A stretch of DNA of 64,000 bases, taken from the NCBI RefSeq assembly GCF_035084215.1, contig NC_090353.1, positions 32,984,001-33,048,000 of the forward strand, given 5' to 3'. Below, piece by piece: positions 24,632 to 38,773 of this stretch. The stretch comes from Heptranchias perlo. Taxonomy: Eukaryota. The translations under genes and the position numbers were made by a program. The notes beneath the pieces are model-generated. The model had not been told where the DNA came from. It ran no database searches and saw only the letters and a list, made by a program, of their open reading frames with translations. The stretch's first letter is position 1, and each line of letters begins with the position of its first letter.

Positions 24632-26690
24632 ACATAAGAACATAAGAAATAGGAGCAGGAGTAGCCCCTCGAGCCTGCTCTGCCATTCAACAAGATCATG
24701 GCTGATCTTCTACCTCAACGCCATTTTCCAGCACAATCCCCATAATCGCTTGATGCCTTTAATATCTAGAAATCTATCGATCTCTGTTTTAAATATACTC
24801 AATGAGCAGCCACAGCCCTCTGGGGTAGAGAATTCCAAAGATTCACCACCCTCTGAGTGAAGGAATTTCTCCTCATCTCAGTCCTAAATGGCCTACCCCT
24901 TATTCTGAGACTGTGACCCCTGGTTCTAGATTCCCCAGCCAGGGGAAACATCCTCCCTGCATCTACCCTGTCGAGCCCTGTAAGAATTTTGTATGTTTCA
25001 ATGACATCACCTCTCATTCTTCCAGAGAATACAGGCCTAGTCTACTCAATCTCTTCCCATACGACAATCCCACCATCCCAGGAATCAGTCTGGTGAACCT
25101 TCGTTGCACTCCCTCTATGGCAAGTATATCTTTTCTTAGGTAAGGAGACCAAAATTGTATGGAATACTCCAGGTGCAGTCTCACCAAAGCCCTATATAAT
25201 TGCAGTAAGACATCTTTACTCCTGTACTCAAATCCTCTTGAAATAAAGACCAACATACCATTTGCCTTCCTAATTGCTTGCTGCACCTGCATGTTAGCTT
25301 TCAGTGACTCATGTACAAGGATACCCAGGTCCCTTTGAACATCAACATTTCCCAATCTCTCACCATTTAAGAAATACTCTGCATTTCTGTTTTTCCTACC
25401 AAAGTGGATAACTTCACATTTTTCCACATTATATTCCATCTGCCATATTCTTGCCCACTCACTTAGCCTATCTATATCGCCTTGCATCCTCCTCACAACT
25501 CACATTCTCACCTAGTTTTGTGCCATCAGCAAACTTGGAAATATTACATTTGGTCCCCTCATCCAAATTATTGATATAGATTGTGAATAGACTGGGGCCC
25601 AAGCACCGATCCCTGCGGTACCCCACTAGTCACAGTCTGCCAACCTGAAAAAGACCCGTTTATTCCTACTCTGTTGTTTTCTGTCTGTTAACCAATTCTC
25701 AATCCATGCCAGTATATTACCCCCAATTCCATGTGCTCTAACTTTGTTCACCAACCTCCTGTGTGGGACCTTATCGAAAGCCTTCTGAAAATCCAAATAC
25801 ACCACATCCACTGGTTCCCCCTTATCTATTCTACTAGTTACATCCTCAAAGAACTCCAATAGGTTTGTCAAACATGATTTCCCTTTCATAAATCCATGTT
25901 GATTCTGCCAAATCCTATTTTTATTTTCTAAGTCATTGTTATCACATCCTTTATAATAGATTCTAGCATTTTCCCTCCTTCTGATGTAAGGCTAACAGGT
26001 CTGTAGTTCCCTGTTTTCTCTCTTCCTCCTTTCTTAAATAATGGGATTACATTTGCTACCCTCCAATCTGCAGGAACCATTCCAGAATCTATAGAATTTT
26101 GGAAGATGACAACCAATGCATCCACTATCTCTATAGCCACCTCTTTCATAGCCCTGGGATGTAGATCATCAGGTCCTTGGGATTTATCGACTTTTAGTCC
26201 CATTAATTTCTCTAGTAATATTTTTTTTTACTAATACTAATTTCTTTCAGTTCCTCATTCTCACCAGACCCTTGTTTCTCTAGTATTTCTGAGAGGTTTT
26301 TTATGCCTTCTTCCGTGAAGACAGACACAAAGCATTTGTTTAATTTCTCTGCCATTTCCTTATTCCCCATTATAAATTCTCCTGTCTCTGTCTGTAAAGG
26401 ACCCACATTTGCCTTCGCCAGTCTTTTCCTTTTTACATACCTATAGAGGCTTTTACAGTCCATTTTTATGTTTCTCACTAGTTTACTCTCATATTCTATT
26501 TTCCCTTTCTTTATCAATTTCTTGGTCCTCCTTTGCTGAATTCTAAAATACTCCAATCCTCAGACTTATTGCTTTTTCTGGCAACTTATATGCCTCTTTT
26601 TTTGATTTAATACTATCTTTAATTTCTCTTGTTAGCCACGGTCAGACCACTTTTCCTGTTGGGTTTTTGTGCCTTAAAGGGATATATATT
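24632..26690 (-). mobile_element. CR1 LINE, ~2 kb 5'-truncated copy with frameshifted RT ORF2
   Basis: ORF pieces GNYRPVSLTS, KSCLTNLLEFFEDVT..VDVVYLDFQKAFDKVPH, WQMEYNVEKCEVIHFG; (ttcttatg)n tail. Confidence 0.95.
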
Positions 26691-28191
26691 TGTTCCAAAT
26701 ATATATATTCATTGGAAATGCACAAAATGCTTGCATGTCAAAGGACAATGTTACAATGTAAAGAGCTTAATAATGGGTGAGAACTGTGTGTGGGACTGAA
26801 GTCACTTATTAAGAGTCTTGTCATGCGATACATCAGCTTTTGATCTAATGCCCCACTGAAAATACAGAATCTCTCCCCTCCCCACCTCCAAATAGACCTG
26901 CAGCTGCTATTTGCTCAGCCCACAGTAAGAGAACACCAGGCAACAACAGGGATCAATTCCATCCATCAGATTCCAAAACACCATTATTACGGTGCTCACA
27001 TTGCTCAGGGCTATTTGTGACCCACCTCTCCTTCACCTGGACTCTCAAAAGCAATCCTGTTCTATTTACCTCTCTGCCAAAATGACCACCTATCTGGCAG
27101 TAGGATGATGACCAAGCTGGGATTCGGTGCTGTCCCCTCTTCTTAAAAAAAAAAATTCTCCAGCAAAAGAGAAAAGCAGAAATGGTATTAGGAGGCAGGA
27201 TTTAAAAGCAGCAGCTCGCTGGAGAATCATAGGTCCAGACACACATCCCCCATCAAACGTATCTGAGAAAGATATTGGTTGGGATTGTGGCCCTTGACAA
27301 AAAGTTAGATGAGTCACATTGTGCCATTATATATTTTTTTAAAAAGGAGCAACTCCTTGTGTCACATACAGTCAAATCTTGTGTCGCTGATTTATTGCGA
27401 ACGCACTGCTCAGTGGGCACGTTATATAGCCTCTTTCCCCCTGAGAAGTTGACAAATTTGCATTGATAAAAGCCACGATTCAGATGACTAAGAAAATTCT
27501 TTCTAGCTGGTTATTCACTGTACATCCTGCGTGCACAGAAAACCTTTTTCATCAATTTCCACAATGGTTACAGTTCATTATACTGTACAACAGTGGTACA
27601 CATAATACTACCTGAGGGCTACATGTGCCCGTTTACATTTGGTGCTGAGCTGCTCACTGTATCTCTAGGGCTTAATCAGCAGCTCACGTGGCCGGGGGTG
27701 TTGTAAGAGCTAGGATTTAACACTGTTTCCTCTCCTCTTGCTCTTCAGTGACATAATGCAAGAAAACACTAAGGAGACAAGGCTGTCCAATGTCCCCTGA
27801 CAAGAGAAAATACACTCAGCAACTCCCCAATATCAAATCAGGAGCTCACTATGTTATGAGACAAGGACACAAACCTTCATCTCATCATCCCGTAACACAA
27901 ATGTTTTGGAACACTCCCAAGTGACCCTCCAGCAAGCTTAAGATTGTGACCCTGGGCAAAAAGTTAGGGAAAGACCCTCCCATATGGGAGTGTCATTTCT
28001 GATTACTGAAATTATCTTTTCCTTTAGAATTTCATTTGACGCGAGTGTTCAAAGCATAAACATTGTAAACCCACATCACGTATAAGAAGCTAGCTCACAC
28101 GCACACTGCCTCCAGCTGCACTGGAACCAAACCACAAAGGAATATAATGCACCATTAAACCCAAATTATTTTTCTTCTCTAATGTTCTGCC

Positions 28192-28644
28192 TTTATTCTC
28201 ATGCTCAGATACAATTCCACAGGTGGCAAAGGCGCTCGGCCCATCACCCGTGTGGCAGCTTTTCAAATATGGTTGTTGGATAGCATTCAGGAGCGGGGGT
28301 GCTGGCTGATTCCCCCCTGCCCTAAACCAGGTGTGCAAGCCAAATGTAGTGTCTCGAGTTGACAGAGCACAAACTGGGAACCTTCCTGGTTTGTGTGGCT
28401 CAGTACCACATGGAGCAGTGCATTTACCCACCAGGCCATCAGGGAAGTTTGTCAACGATTTCTATCACCAAGGTCATATGATTAAACGACATTCCATCAA
28501 CACTCACTGCATATTCTTTTCATCATGGAGCAAAACTTAAAGGGAAAGAAAAGTGTAGAAAACAAGCATATTCCCTCAAAAACGACCCATTCATCTTAGT
28601 ACCTGTAATAAAAATATTTATGTTCTAAAAATTAATTATTTAAT
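28192..28644 (-). terminator. THOP1: Candidate THOP1 polyadenylation signals
   Basis: Minus-strand ATTAAA at 28639-28644 and AATAAA at 28192-28197 downstream of the stop; which one is used cannot be determined. Confidence 0.35.
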
Positions 28645-29351
28645 CTTAAACCATTAATTTGTTCACACTGACATTTAGATGCCTTTGCTGCTTTCTTGGT
28701 GCTTTGTAAAGGTAGGTATTTATCACTAACAGTAAGTGGACATTCCTTCCGCCTTCTCCCCTCCTCTCCTGAAGGTTATGATTTCTCTTAGGGGAATGGA
28801 TGTTGGTGCCCTTTGCCCAAATAGCCGTGCTTTGTGTCGGTGTAGACAGAGAGTACTGGCAGGCTATCCTACTCTGGAGGATATCACAACCAAGCTCCAT
28901 CCTGTCCTCACTCAATACCCTCACACACGCACCAGCCAGCAGGAGTCGCTGCATGATAATCAAGACCAGGACGCTCAGCTAATTTTGCCCCTCTCCAGCC
29001 CAGGGGCACTGAAGGAAATTCTGCCACCCCAACTGTTGCAGTGAAGGGTCTATTTTTATGACTAAGAGCCTGTTTCTTAGACCTTCTTTCCCCTTTGATT
29101 ATGCAAAAATTACAATTGAAAAGATTTCACAAATTATCATATGCCTGTCTGTTTCGTTGAGTTTAATGTAGGGTTTCTGCTGCAACTCAGGGAGCTCTGG
29201 TTAACCTGTTACCCCACTGTAGTTGTGCAATAGATTAACAGTCGTAAAAAAATCAATTTGGAGACCAGTCCATTTGTGATATAAGGAGAGATTCCTGTGC
29301 CACTGTGGAAGGAGATCGGTGCTCACACGAAGTGCAGTGAAATGAACAATC

Positions 29352-29516
29352 TCAACACGCAGAAGGGGCAGAGTGTTTGTCCTGATCCACTGTCAGCCCT
29401 TTACTCAGAAGGAAGGCCTCCTGCTTTGGCTCACGCCCCAAGAAATGTTTCAGCATCTCCTCGGCATCCAGAGAACCACCCGGTTTAAGAATGAAGTCTC
29501 GGTAATCCATGCCGAC
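29352..29516 (-). CDS. THOP1: THOP1 coding exon 12 (terminal, TGA)
   Basis: [54 protein letters not shown]; all exon phases join to 2070 nt = 689 aa + stop. Confidence 0.96.
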   Translation of the reverse strand, partial: VGMDYRDFILKPGGSLDAEEMLKHFLGREPKQEAFLLSKGLTVDQDKHSAPSAC

Positions 29517-30169
29517 CTAGAGGGTGAGCACAAAATGGGTAGGTTAGGGGCTTCTTTTAAAAGTGAATACGATATACTTTCATTAAATGCTAATTTATTT
29601 ATAAGCTTACCCATTGGGAAAGTTTATAACTGGGATGCACAACAAAGGAACACCGGGTCTTGGCTGTGATTATATTGTATTAGAGGATGGTAGCTGTAAA
29701 GTGTGAGGTGCAACCAGCAGGTACGTTGAACTACACTCGGGCTGCCAGGAGACCTCTCTGCACGTGTAGTATTTTTTAACGTTAGGATTGTGGGAGTGCC
29801 TGCTTTCTCATAACACTAAAAAGATTATAGCGATTTTATAAAGTGCTTACAAGATCCAACGGGTCATCTGAGCCTTTTAAACTTTGCTTGGCACCACAGT
29901 GGAGTTATATTCCACATGATGCCAAACCCAAACGGTGAGAGACAGCCTCCTGGAGGAGGGGGTCGCATATCACCTGGTTTTAGTGCATTCAGATTAGGAC
30001 CTGACTCTGAAGTAATGCTGCCACTTTCATGTCAATGTGCACCAAATGGATATACCTCGATACAAATGTTGTAACATAAACTACAACCAGGCTACAGATT
30101 CAGGATACAACTGGACAAAGCAAAACGTGCAGTCGTTTTTTAAAATAGACTAGAACATGTTCAAAAGAT

Positions 30170-30562
30170 TTCCAATTTTCTGAGCAGAGAAGGCTAAAAG
30201 GAGATTTAATAGAAGTTTTTAAAATTATGAAGGCTTTTGAAAGTGTAAATAGGGAATGACTATTTCCTCTGGCTGGGGAGTCAGTGACGAGGTGTCATCA
30301 ATTTAAAATTGTCACTATGAGAGTGAGGAGAGAGATTAGCAGAAATTTCTTTACGTTGTTGGAGCATGGAATGCTTTGTGACAGAGAGTCAGAAACCACT
30401 GCATCTCCTAAGGGAAAATTGGAAAAATATTTGAAGTGGAGGAAAATGCAGAGCTAAGGGGAGAGAATGAGGCTGGGGGATTAGTTTTGAATTGTTCTAT
30501 TAAAGAACCAGCACAGATATGATGGGCCGAATGGCTTTCTTCCGTGCTGTAAACTCTTATGG
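30170..30562 (+). mobile_element. CR1 LINE 3' fragment
   Basis: EQRRLKGDLIEVFKIMK-type sequence and gggccgaatggc tail. Confidence 0.8.
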
Positions 30563-31032
30563 TACTTCTCCCCCTTTCCTGAGAGTGTTCACTAATACTG
30601 GAATATTATTCCGCTGGTGCTGGCAGTCTCCTAGTGCATTGCACTGGTGGAACTGTCGCCAAGCAGTGGAGACAATCTAACTGGCCTCAGCCAGAGCTCC
30701 TGCTTCTGATTGTTCTAATCTGGATAGCCCGGTGAAGGATAGAATACTAGATCCTGGTCTTCAGTTGCTTCCAAGCCTTTATTCACAGAGCTCAACATTA
30801 CTGATCCCACACCCTAGATAAGCTCTCATATAAATGGATACAAGAAAGTCCCCAATTGATACGCACCACCTGAATACAATTAACACTAATTGATATAAAT
30901 CAAACGGATACAATTAACACTGATCACTATTTAATAACCCTTCTTGTAAGATGAGGACAAACAAACTGGTTATAGATTTGGACATCAGTTTTCTATCAGA
31001 GATCAAAACTCTGGATAAAAATCGATCTGTAC

Positions 31033-31169
31033 CTTTGAGCTCATGACTCCTTCTTGTCGAAATCGGGTGTAGAACATATCCATCGAGTAGACCTCACTCC
31101 AGAGATAACCGTAATACTGGGCATCATATCCCCCAGCCAGGTGCCCAAATGTGGCTGGCATATTAGTTC
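31033..31169 (-). CDS. THOP1: THOP1 coding exon 11
   Basis: [46 protein letters not shown]; 137 nt. Confidence 0.97.
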
Positions 31170-31651
31170 CTGAAAAATAAATACAATTACATTCTCATCT
31201 GCCTGAATTCTTAAAAAAAAATTCAATGTATTAATATTTAGTGTCATCGATATATTTATTAAATGTTCATCGGTGAGCGAGGTTTGTGTTAGGTTACAGA
31301 CTGGGTACACACATCCATTGCTGCACATGGTTAATTATTCAGCTGTATCACAGAGCAATGGGCAGCCTCTTCCTTGCAGGGTGTGTGGGAGGGAGAAGGT
31401 CACATCAAACAAACAATTAACAGCAACTCATTCGATGGCTCAGTTGACTGCATCATACAGACCAGGAGGGTCCCAGGTTGGATCCCCAGTCTATGCTGAG
31501 ATAGCGCATCTCATCCAAAGCAGCAGCAGGGTCGCTACAATTGGTCTCAGCTCATCTGGGCTGGGTGGCTATTCTATGCTGCGGTACCTGCCTATCTGCC
31601 ATTTGCATCAATGCCAGAAAAGGAAAGTTTTTATTTTCAGCTGGCAGTTAC

Positions 31652-31780
31652 CTGGTGATGCTGGAACTCCCATTATTTCTTTACATAGCCTGGCATACTC
31701 TTCCTTGGCATCCACATCCATGCTCATGTGCAGTGACTGGTCAACCTTCGCCAAAACTATCTGTCGCAAATTAAAGAGAC
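31652..31780 (-). CDS. THOP1: THOP1 coding exon 10
   Basis: [43 protein letters not shown]; 129 nt. Confidence 0.96.
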
Positions 31781-32751
31781 CTGTTGAAGAAGGAAAGAGG
31801 GAGAAAAATAATTTTTTGTGTTTCTTTGCAATAGCACAAATCTGTGTATTTTCTTCCTAGTTTCCCTGCCTTGGTCTCCCAGCCTAAGCATCATTGTGAT
31901 CAGAAGAACAAGAAGGCAACCTGCACCCAGGCCCCTGCTAATGCCACTCAGAGGCAGGTGATAAATCTCCCTTTGGTTTTTTTCTGTCCTCTGTAGGGAG
32001 GAGGTCTTGATTTTGCCTGACACCTTCAACTAACCCTTGCCACGGCGTCAGAAATAAACTCAAAAGCATCTTGCTCAGGTGCCAACCATCAGATCCCAAC
32101 CAATATTAAATACTCTCATTCTGCTGGGATTGGCATTGAGGGTTGGAAAGGATGCCAGGGATACAGAACCATCAAATATATAACCCGAGAGGGTCTTTTC
32201 TGATCAGGATACCTGTCAGAAGCAACACAAAAACAAAGGCCTCCATTTATGCAGATCTTCTCCAAGCTGCTTCCTGGACTGACAAAAAGAAGATACTCTT
32301 TCAGATAGGAAATATATTTTTTTTCAAAATGTCTTATATGCATTTTGAAACTGTCCCTTGCACACCACTCTCCCTGGCTTTCTTTGACTGTCTGCCTTCA
32401 GTTCTCTGTAGTGGGTTAGGAGATTGGAGGTCCACATATGTATTGCCTCAGAAGGCAGATCTCAAGACCCACAAAAAATCATGTTCTTGACATCAGAGGT
32501 GCTGAATTTATTTCCTCAACACCAATATTATTGTGTAGTCAGCTACAGGAATACCATATGCCTACTGATGATGCCACATTATCAGTGCAAAAGTGCCGTT
32601 ATGGTAAATCTGTGACCGGAATGCCTGCATCAGGCACAAAGTGGAAAAGTAAGTCAACTCCGATGCAAACCGTCTGTGAGCTCTTAACCTTTGTTCACCT
32701 GTTAATTTGCTGTAAGACTACACAGGCGTGAAAAATGTTGTCAATACCTAC

Positions 32752-32938
32752 CGGTGTTAGCTAGCCTGGATTTAAGGAGTTTTTCCAGCAGATCTTGTGG
32801 AATCACTTTCCCATCCTTGTAGTGCTTGGACATCCGGAGTAGGGGTTCCTTCTCCCAAACCCAGTTTTCCAACATCTGAGACGGAGCCTCCACAAAATCT
32901 CTCTCAACATGTGTTCCACTGAACATGGCAAATTCAGC
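32752..32938 (-). CDS. THOP1: THOP1 coding exon 9
   Basis: [33 protein letters not shown]...RLANT (third zinc ligand Glu); 187 nt. Confidence 0.98.
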
Positions 32939-33769
32939 CTGCAAGACAATAGCAGGATCACTGCGTCAATTCACTTCATGGAATATAGGATTGTGTTTAA
33001 CTGTACTGAGAAGAACTTCTCCCCTCCAACCCGCTCCCTCCTCTCCTTAAGGCGCAGACTCACAATGGGTTACAGTTCCACAATTACCAGCCACCTTCTG
33101 GCACCTCCCCTAAGCGGCTGTTCTTCATGAGCGAGTGTATACAGTGACAGTCAGCGGGGTATTCTATCAGGGGAGGCATCACAGCCAAAGTCCATGCTCG
33201 TATAATTTCCAGTAGGAGTCACTGGATCATGATCGTCAGCAGCTTGTTTTCCTCCCCCTCTAGCCAAGCGGTGGGGAGGGGGGAGATTGCAGTGCTTTTA
33301 CTGTCAGCCTGGATGAAATCAGCTAACATCACATCCCAGGGATCAAACCGAGCACTTTCCTGGTCTGTGTGGACATGGTGTAGGGCAGTTACCAGCTGAG
33401 CAATCAAGGGACCCTTTAGACTGTTTTATGAGATGAATTCAAGCAGATGAGATACAGCAACGGAAGTACAAGTCTCATTTGTGGCAGATTTTTGACTGTG
33501 AAAGTGATGATCTTGTTGAGTCTCCTTCATGCTTCAAATGTCATATGCAACCAATAGTAAGCCCAGGTCACCAACTGGAGAGTCACAGATGCAATCACCT
33601 TTTAAGACACTCATTACTGCGAATGGCAACATTATGATGTTGCTCATGAAGTACATAAGGAGCACATTCCTCCCAATGGCTCATTTCAGATATTTTTATA
33701 CCATACCCGTATCAATTTTCTCTTTCGGTAGGGGCAGCGGTCACTGGCAATGAGCACTAAATTTCAAAG

Positions 33770-34800
33770 CCATTGAGTGGGGACGAACTTGCTTCTCTCG
33801 GTCACCAAAGACTAAGACCGTGAAGACCGATTGTCAACAAGGAATTGTCACTCATGGGGGAGCAGTTGAAAGATGTGAGCTCTTTCATTTGTCTGGTAAA
33901 CATGATAACGATTGATGGAGAAGTGAAGAAAGGAAATGAATGCAAGAATTGGCAAGGCTTCTGGTATTACGGGATCCTGGGCTTTATAAATAGAGACAGA
34001 GAGTACAAAAGTATGGAAGTCATGATGAACCTTTATAAAACACTGGTTCAGCCACAACTGGAGTATTGTGTCCAGTTCTGGGCACAGCACTTCAGGAAAG
34101 ATGTGAAGGCCTTAGAAAGGATGCAGAAGAGATTTACTAGAATGATTCCAGGGACGAGGGACTTTAGTTACGTGGGTAGACTGGAGAAGCTGGGATTGTA
34201 CTCCTTGGAACAGAGACGGTTGCGAGCAGATTTGGTAGAGGTATTCCAAATCATGAAGGGTCTAGACAGAGTAGATAGAAAGAAATTGTTCCCATTGGCA
34301 GAAGGGTCAAGAACCAGAGGACACAGATATAAGGTGATTGGCAAAAGAACCAAAGGTGACATGAGGAAAAACTTTTTTTAAAAAACACAGCGAGTGGTTA
34401 GGATCTGGAATGCACTGCCCGAGAGGGTGGTGGAGGCAGATTCAATCATGGCCTTCAAAAGGGAACTGGATAAGTACTTGAAAGGGAAAAATTTGCAGGG
34501 CTAAGGAGAAAGGACGGGGGAGTGAGACTAGCTGGATTGCTCTTGCATAGAGCCGGGCGGATTCGATGGGCCAAATGGCCTCCTTCCGTGCCGTAACCTT
34601 TCTATGATTCAATGATTTTTCTGCAGCTATCTAAGATCTGAAAGCTACAGAATATTAACATGAAAACTAAATTCGAGACCTGTAAGAGTTTGGTATTATC
34701 TGTCCTTGTCTACAGCAGTGAAGCCTGGCAGAAGGTTAGATCATTTCTACGTTCAAGGTTTAAGAACAACAATGAAGACAAAATGGCAAAGCTGTATTAA
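33770..34800 (+). mobile_element. RTE-like LINE fragment interrupted by a CR1 fragment (~33968-34615)
   Basis: GEQLKDVSSFICL..RIGKASG then F.QLSKI..KTK..SLVLSVLVYSSEAW on the two sides; CR1 LYKTLVQPQLEYCVQFW..RTRGH in between. Confidence 0.75.
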
Positions 34801-35132
34801 GAAAGAAAATCAATCCATGTTCCCATTCCAAATTGTCTTCCGTTGGTCTTTGTTGAAAAGTGCAAGTGTGGCCATTGGGTAAGAACAGGTTCGGGCTCAG
34901 TTGTGGTGCGTTCCAAAATCAAATAACCTGTCAATAAACATTGTCTAGGCTCACACATGAAGAATGGCAACTTGGATAAGGGAATGGAGGTGCTGCTGGT
35001 ACTGCACCACTGCAAGAATTGGTATCTTCAGAGGAGGAGGGGGGAATTGGGAGAAAAATCCCTGGGATTTATGACACTGATACCAATAGCAGCAACTGTA
35101 ATGGCAGTGTCGGGAGGGGAAGAGTTTCTTAC

Positions 35133-35334
35133 CTGAGAGCAGATCTGATGCATCACGTGTCCAAACTCGTGGAAGTAGGTCTCAACCTCATCGTGTTGAA
35201 GTAATGACGGTGCACTGGGGGTCGGCTTGGTAAAGTTTGCCACCATAGCGGCCACTGTGAGCTGCCTGGTACTGTCAGGTAGCAAGCATCCTGGCTGAAG
35301 GCCAAAGCAAGCAGCATGTCCATACTTCCCCTCC
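35133..35334 (-). CDS. THOP1: THOP1 coding exon 8 (HExxH zinc-binding motif)
   Basis: [16 protein letters not shown]...[23 protein letters not shown]; M3 peptidase active site; donor CAG|GTAAGA; 202 nt. Confidence 0.98.
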
Positions 35335-37416
35335 CTGTAAAACAAACAGATTTGCAACAAGGACATCAGCCCCTCTGGTGGTCACTATTGGTAGCTATAA
35401 TTAAATACACCCATAACCTGATAACGTCTCAAATAGTTTGCAAAGGTCATATTTTAATTTGGATTTGTATACAATGGACGTGAATGGAATTTACTTCCTG
35501 GATTACCATCATGGGTGTGTTGAATTTCTAATCATTCAAGACTTGAACCTTACTCCCGTAGCACCTCTCCCCCCTACTCCTGGGCAGGATACAAGAGAAA
35601 GCTCGTCAACCGATTCACAATTCTTCTCTGACCATTGCCCCCAATGACCCCCTTCTCTGAGCTTTACCTTCCTCTACTTTATTAATACTATTCTATGGTC
35701 ATTGCTCCCCTGATCTTTCTTCTCGTTCCTCTTCAGCTCTAAATAAACCCACCGTCCTACACACTCTTCCTCCTTCCTGCGTCTTTACTGTGTTGAAATC
35801 TAAACTTATCACACCATTTCCTACTCTGATTCATTTAGGCCCAGGAACTCAATACTGTGGAACTCCTCACCTCCCTTCCTCTTACAATTTATAGGCTTTA
35901 GAAAAAACACAAGCTTAACCTAACCTACACTTTTCAACCTTGGTTGTGATCTACTCTAAGGGCCCTTGGTCTGCGTGTCTCAATAATAAAAAAAAATCCA
36001 TCAGTTCTATTCCATGACTTTTGACAAATGAAACCTGAACAGTACGGCTTTCCTATCTCCCCGAGTAGCCCCTGTCCCAATTTTCGCCTGAGCTCGGACG
36101 GCAGCGGGGTGTAAAATGCAGCCCTGGGGCTTAGTTCACATTTTAGAAAATCCTGGACATTCCTTCAAAAACCAAACAGGTGACAACCCCAACTCTGAAA
36201 TGGCCTTTTAGCAAATAATTACTATGCAATTTTGTCAGTAAGAAAATCAGTAAATCAGTGATGTGAAAAAGAAATATGTTTCTCTCTCCTCTAATAATAC
36301 AATAAAATTCAGCAAGCCAGCTCTATCACATCCATATGCCAAATATTCTTAGATATACCTACACAGATTTTATCCGTTTTTATTTTCTCTGAGTTTTCAT
36401 TTTAGGGCCCATTCTAACAGAAGCTGTAATGTTGATTAAAGGAGTGAAAAATATTTTTATTTTGTTTTATTATCATAGAATCATACAGCAAAGAAGGGGG
36501 CTATTCGGCACATCATGCCGGTTCTTTGAAAGAGCTGTCCAATTAGTCCCACTCCCCTGCTCTTTCCCCAAAACCTTGCAAATTCCCATGGCAATTTTCT
36601 CTCCATGTCACTTGAAGCCAGCAGCCTCCTGGTACTTTGCTCAAGTGGCCGTTCTTTATCCATGAGCCCAGACAGTGAGTACTGGCTGGCAATTCCACCA
36701 TTACAGCTCAGCCCCATCCCAATCCCACCCAACACAGGCTCACATTTCACCATTACACTGTCCTTCAGATGTGACTTAAACAGCCGCCCTATTCCAGTGG
36801 TTCAGGTGAATGTTAGAGATCTGCTAGCACTATGTAAAGGAGTTCTCCTCGCTGGTCTACAAATCTGCGTCAACTTTCCTCCTTCAACCAAAACCATCCA
36901 AAATTCATTTTTTACTAGTCATTCGTCTCATTTTCTGTTTGTGGGATCTAACTGTGCACCAAATACCTGACACTTTCATGTACACAGCAGCAATGACTGC
37001 ATTCCAAAAGTGATTTATTGTACGTGAATCACTTTGGGATATTTCTGGGATGCTATAAAAATTCAAGTTCTTTTATTAACATCCACACACACAATTTCCA
37101 ACAGGAGTCACTGGATACCAATCAGGAACAGGAACCCTAGCTGATTTTTTCTCCTCCCTAGTCCAGAGATACTGAGGCTAATTGTGCTGTCCCAACTACT
37201 GACCTGGTTGATAGCGACTAACTCAGCATAGACCAGGGATCAAACCCAAGATTTTCTAGTCCATATGGATCCATTTCACAGTGGGCAATGCATTTTACCC
37301 AGATAAGATATTTTGATAATGATACTGGAGGGCCACCTTAATGAACTATAACTTGATGCAGGACTATCTATGTTTTTGAACAAGTATATTCACTCCTTAG
37401 TTGATTAAGAAATCAC

Positions 37417-37783
37417 CTTGGATATAAATCCAAGTAGAATTGTCCCAACATCTCTCCGGTTGCCGTGTCCTTCACCGAGTACAGCTTTACATCCTCGTGC
37501 CACACAGGTTCTTTCTCAATGAGCTGAAAGGTCAATCCTAGCAGTTCCTGGTAGATTTCCAGCAGGCCAGATGTTACCACTTCCATCGGAAAATATTCCT
37601 TCAGTAGATTCTGATCCACGAAGTACTTCAACTCCTCCACCTGGTTCATGTAGTAACGCAGATCCCAGGCATTTATCATACTATCGAAATCCAGCCCTCG
37701 CTTCTCACATTCATCCCTCTTCAGGTCTATGATAACTGCCCGCTCCTCTTCACCAAGTGGTTTCAGCTTCCGTGCCAGTTCAT
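37417..37783 (-). CDS. THOP1: THOP1 coding exon 7
   Basis: [18 protein letters not shown]...[15 protein letters not shown]...[10 protein letters not shown]; 367 nt. Confidence 0.97.
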
Positions 37784-38637
37784 CTGAAACACAAATTCAA
37801 AAGGTTTAGAAGCACGGATTTTGTCCCTGGGCAGTCACTGATGTCCTCTACATGAGGCCCAAGCCTCATTTCCATATTCCTGGTGAGCTGCGAGTGCTGA
37901 AGGTAGCTCGCTGGTCGGGGGTGTAGCTTGGTGTGGGTGGGATGGCAGCGGTTCAGAAGATCCTCCTGGCCCACAAAAATTAAAAAGAAACCAAATAAAC
38001 TAAAAATTTTGAAAACATTAAACATATCCTTGCAGCGGTCTCTTTAAGGACCGCTGGTTAGGCTGCTTAAGCCAGGTACCAATGGACAGAGACCCCAACC
38101 AAAATGGCAGCAGGTGGGAATGAGACAGTAAGTGAATCCTCGTGACTTTCCAGGTGCGACTAACCCGTTCCCGCTGGGAGGATAGAGTTAAAATTGCCTC
38201 CGTTATTTCTTTTCCAGTTCAACTCAGCTTTTGCAATACAGCAGACCAGATTGTAGGCAGACTATTCAATTTTAGGACTCATCACAATCTAACCCAATCC
38301 AGTCCTCACCCAACACGCATGCACACAAAATCCGAACCAGTAAGAGCACCCCTTGTTGCACCAAAGCGATTTTTTCCCCCATTTTCCACAACAGTGATCC
38401 TACTGCCCAAGCCTGCCAATTTGTGGACAGTTCTATGGTACAGTATCAGACCCATTAAAAATGGATTCAGACTGTGCATGTTAATTTTATAAAGGACCTG
38501 TCTAGCTGGCAGAGTGCAGAGACTTTCACCCCACCATCCAGGGCTGGTTTCAAACCTAGATCCTTGAGGTGAAAAGCCAGTGTGCTAACTCACTGCGCTC
38601 AAGGTAAATGCAATGGTTCTAAACTGACATTCATTAC

Positions 38638-38773
38638 CAAGAAAGATGTTGACATTCTTGCTGTTCTTAGCCATGTTCATTTCTAGTATGAAATCCGAGT
38701 GAGTCTTAAAGTCCAGGAGCGCAGATTTCTTTTTACGAAGTTCCACCAGTTCTTTAAGGATTTTTGCATTGTC
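38638..38773 (-). CDS. THOP1: THOP1 coding exon 6
   Basis: DNAKILKELVELRKKKSALLDFKTHSDFILEMNMAKNSKNVNIFL; AG/GT boundaries; 136 nt. Confidence 0.95.

Noticed and set aside
31273-31860. 195-aa plus-strand ORF
   Set aside because: Antisense to THOP1 exon 10 and partly repeat-derived; no recognisable motif.
35366-35386. CTCF site upstream of THOP1 exon 8
   Set aside because: CCACCAGAGGGGCT misses the conserved C of the GGC core; too weak without data.
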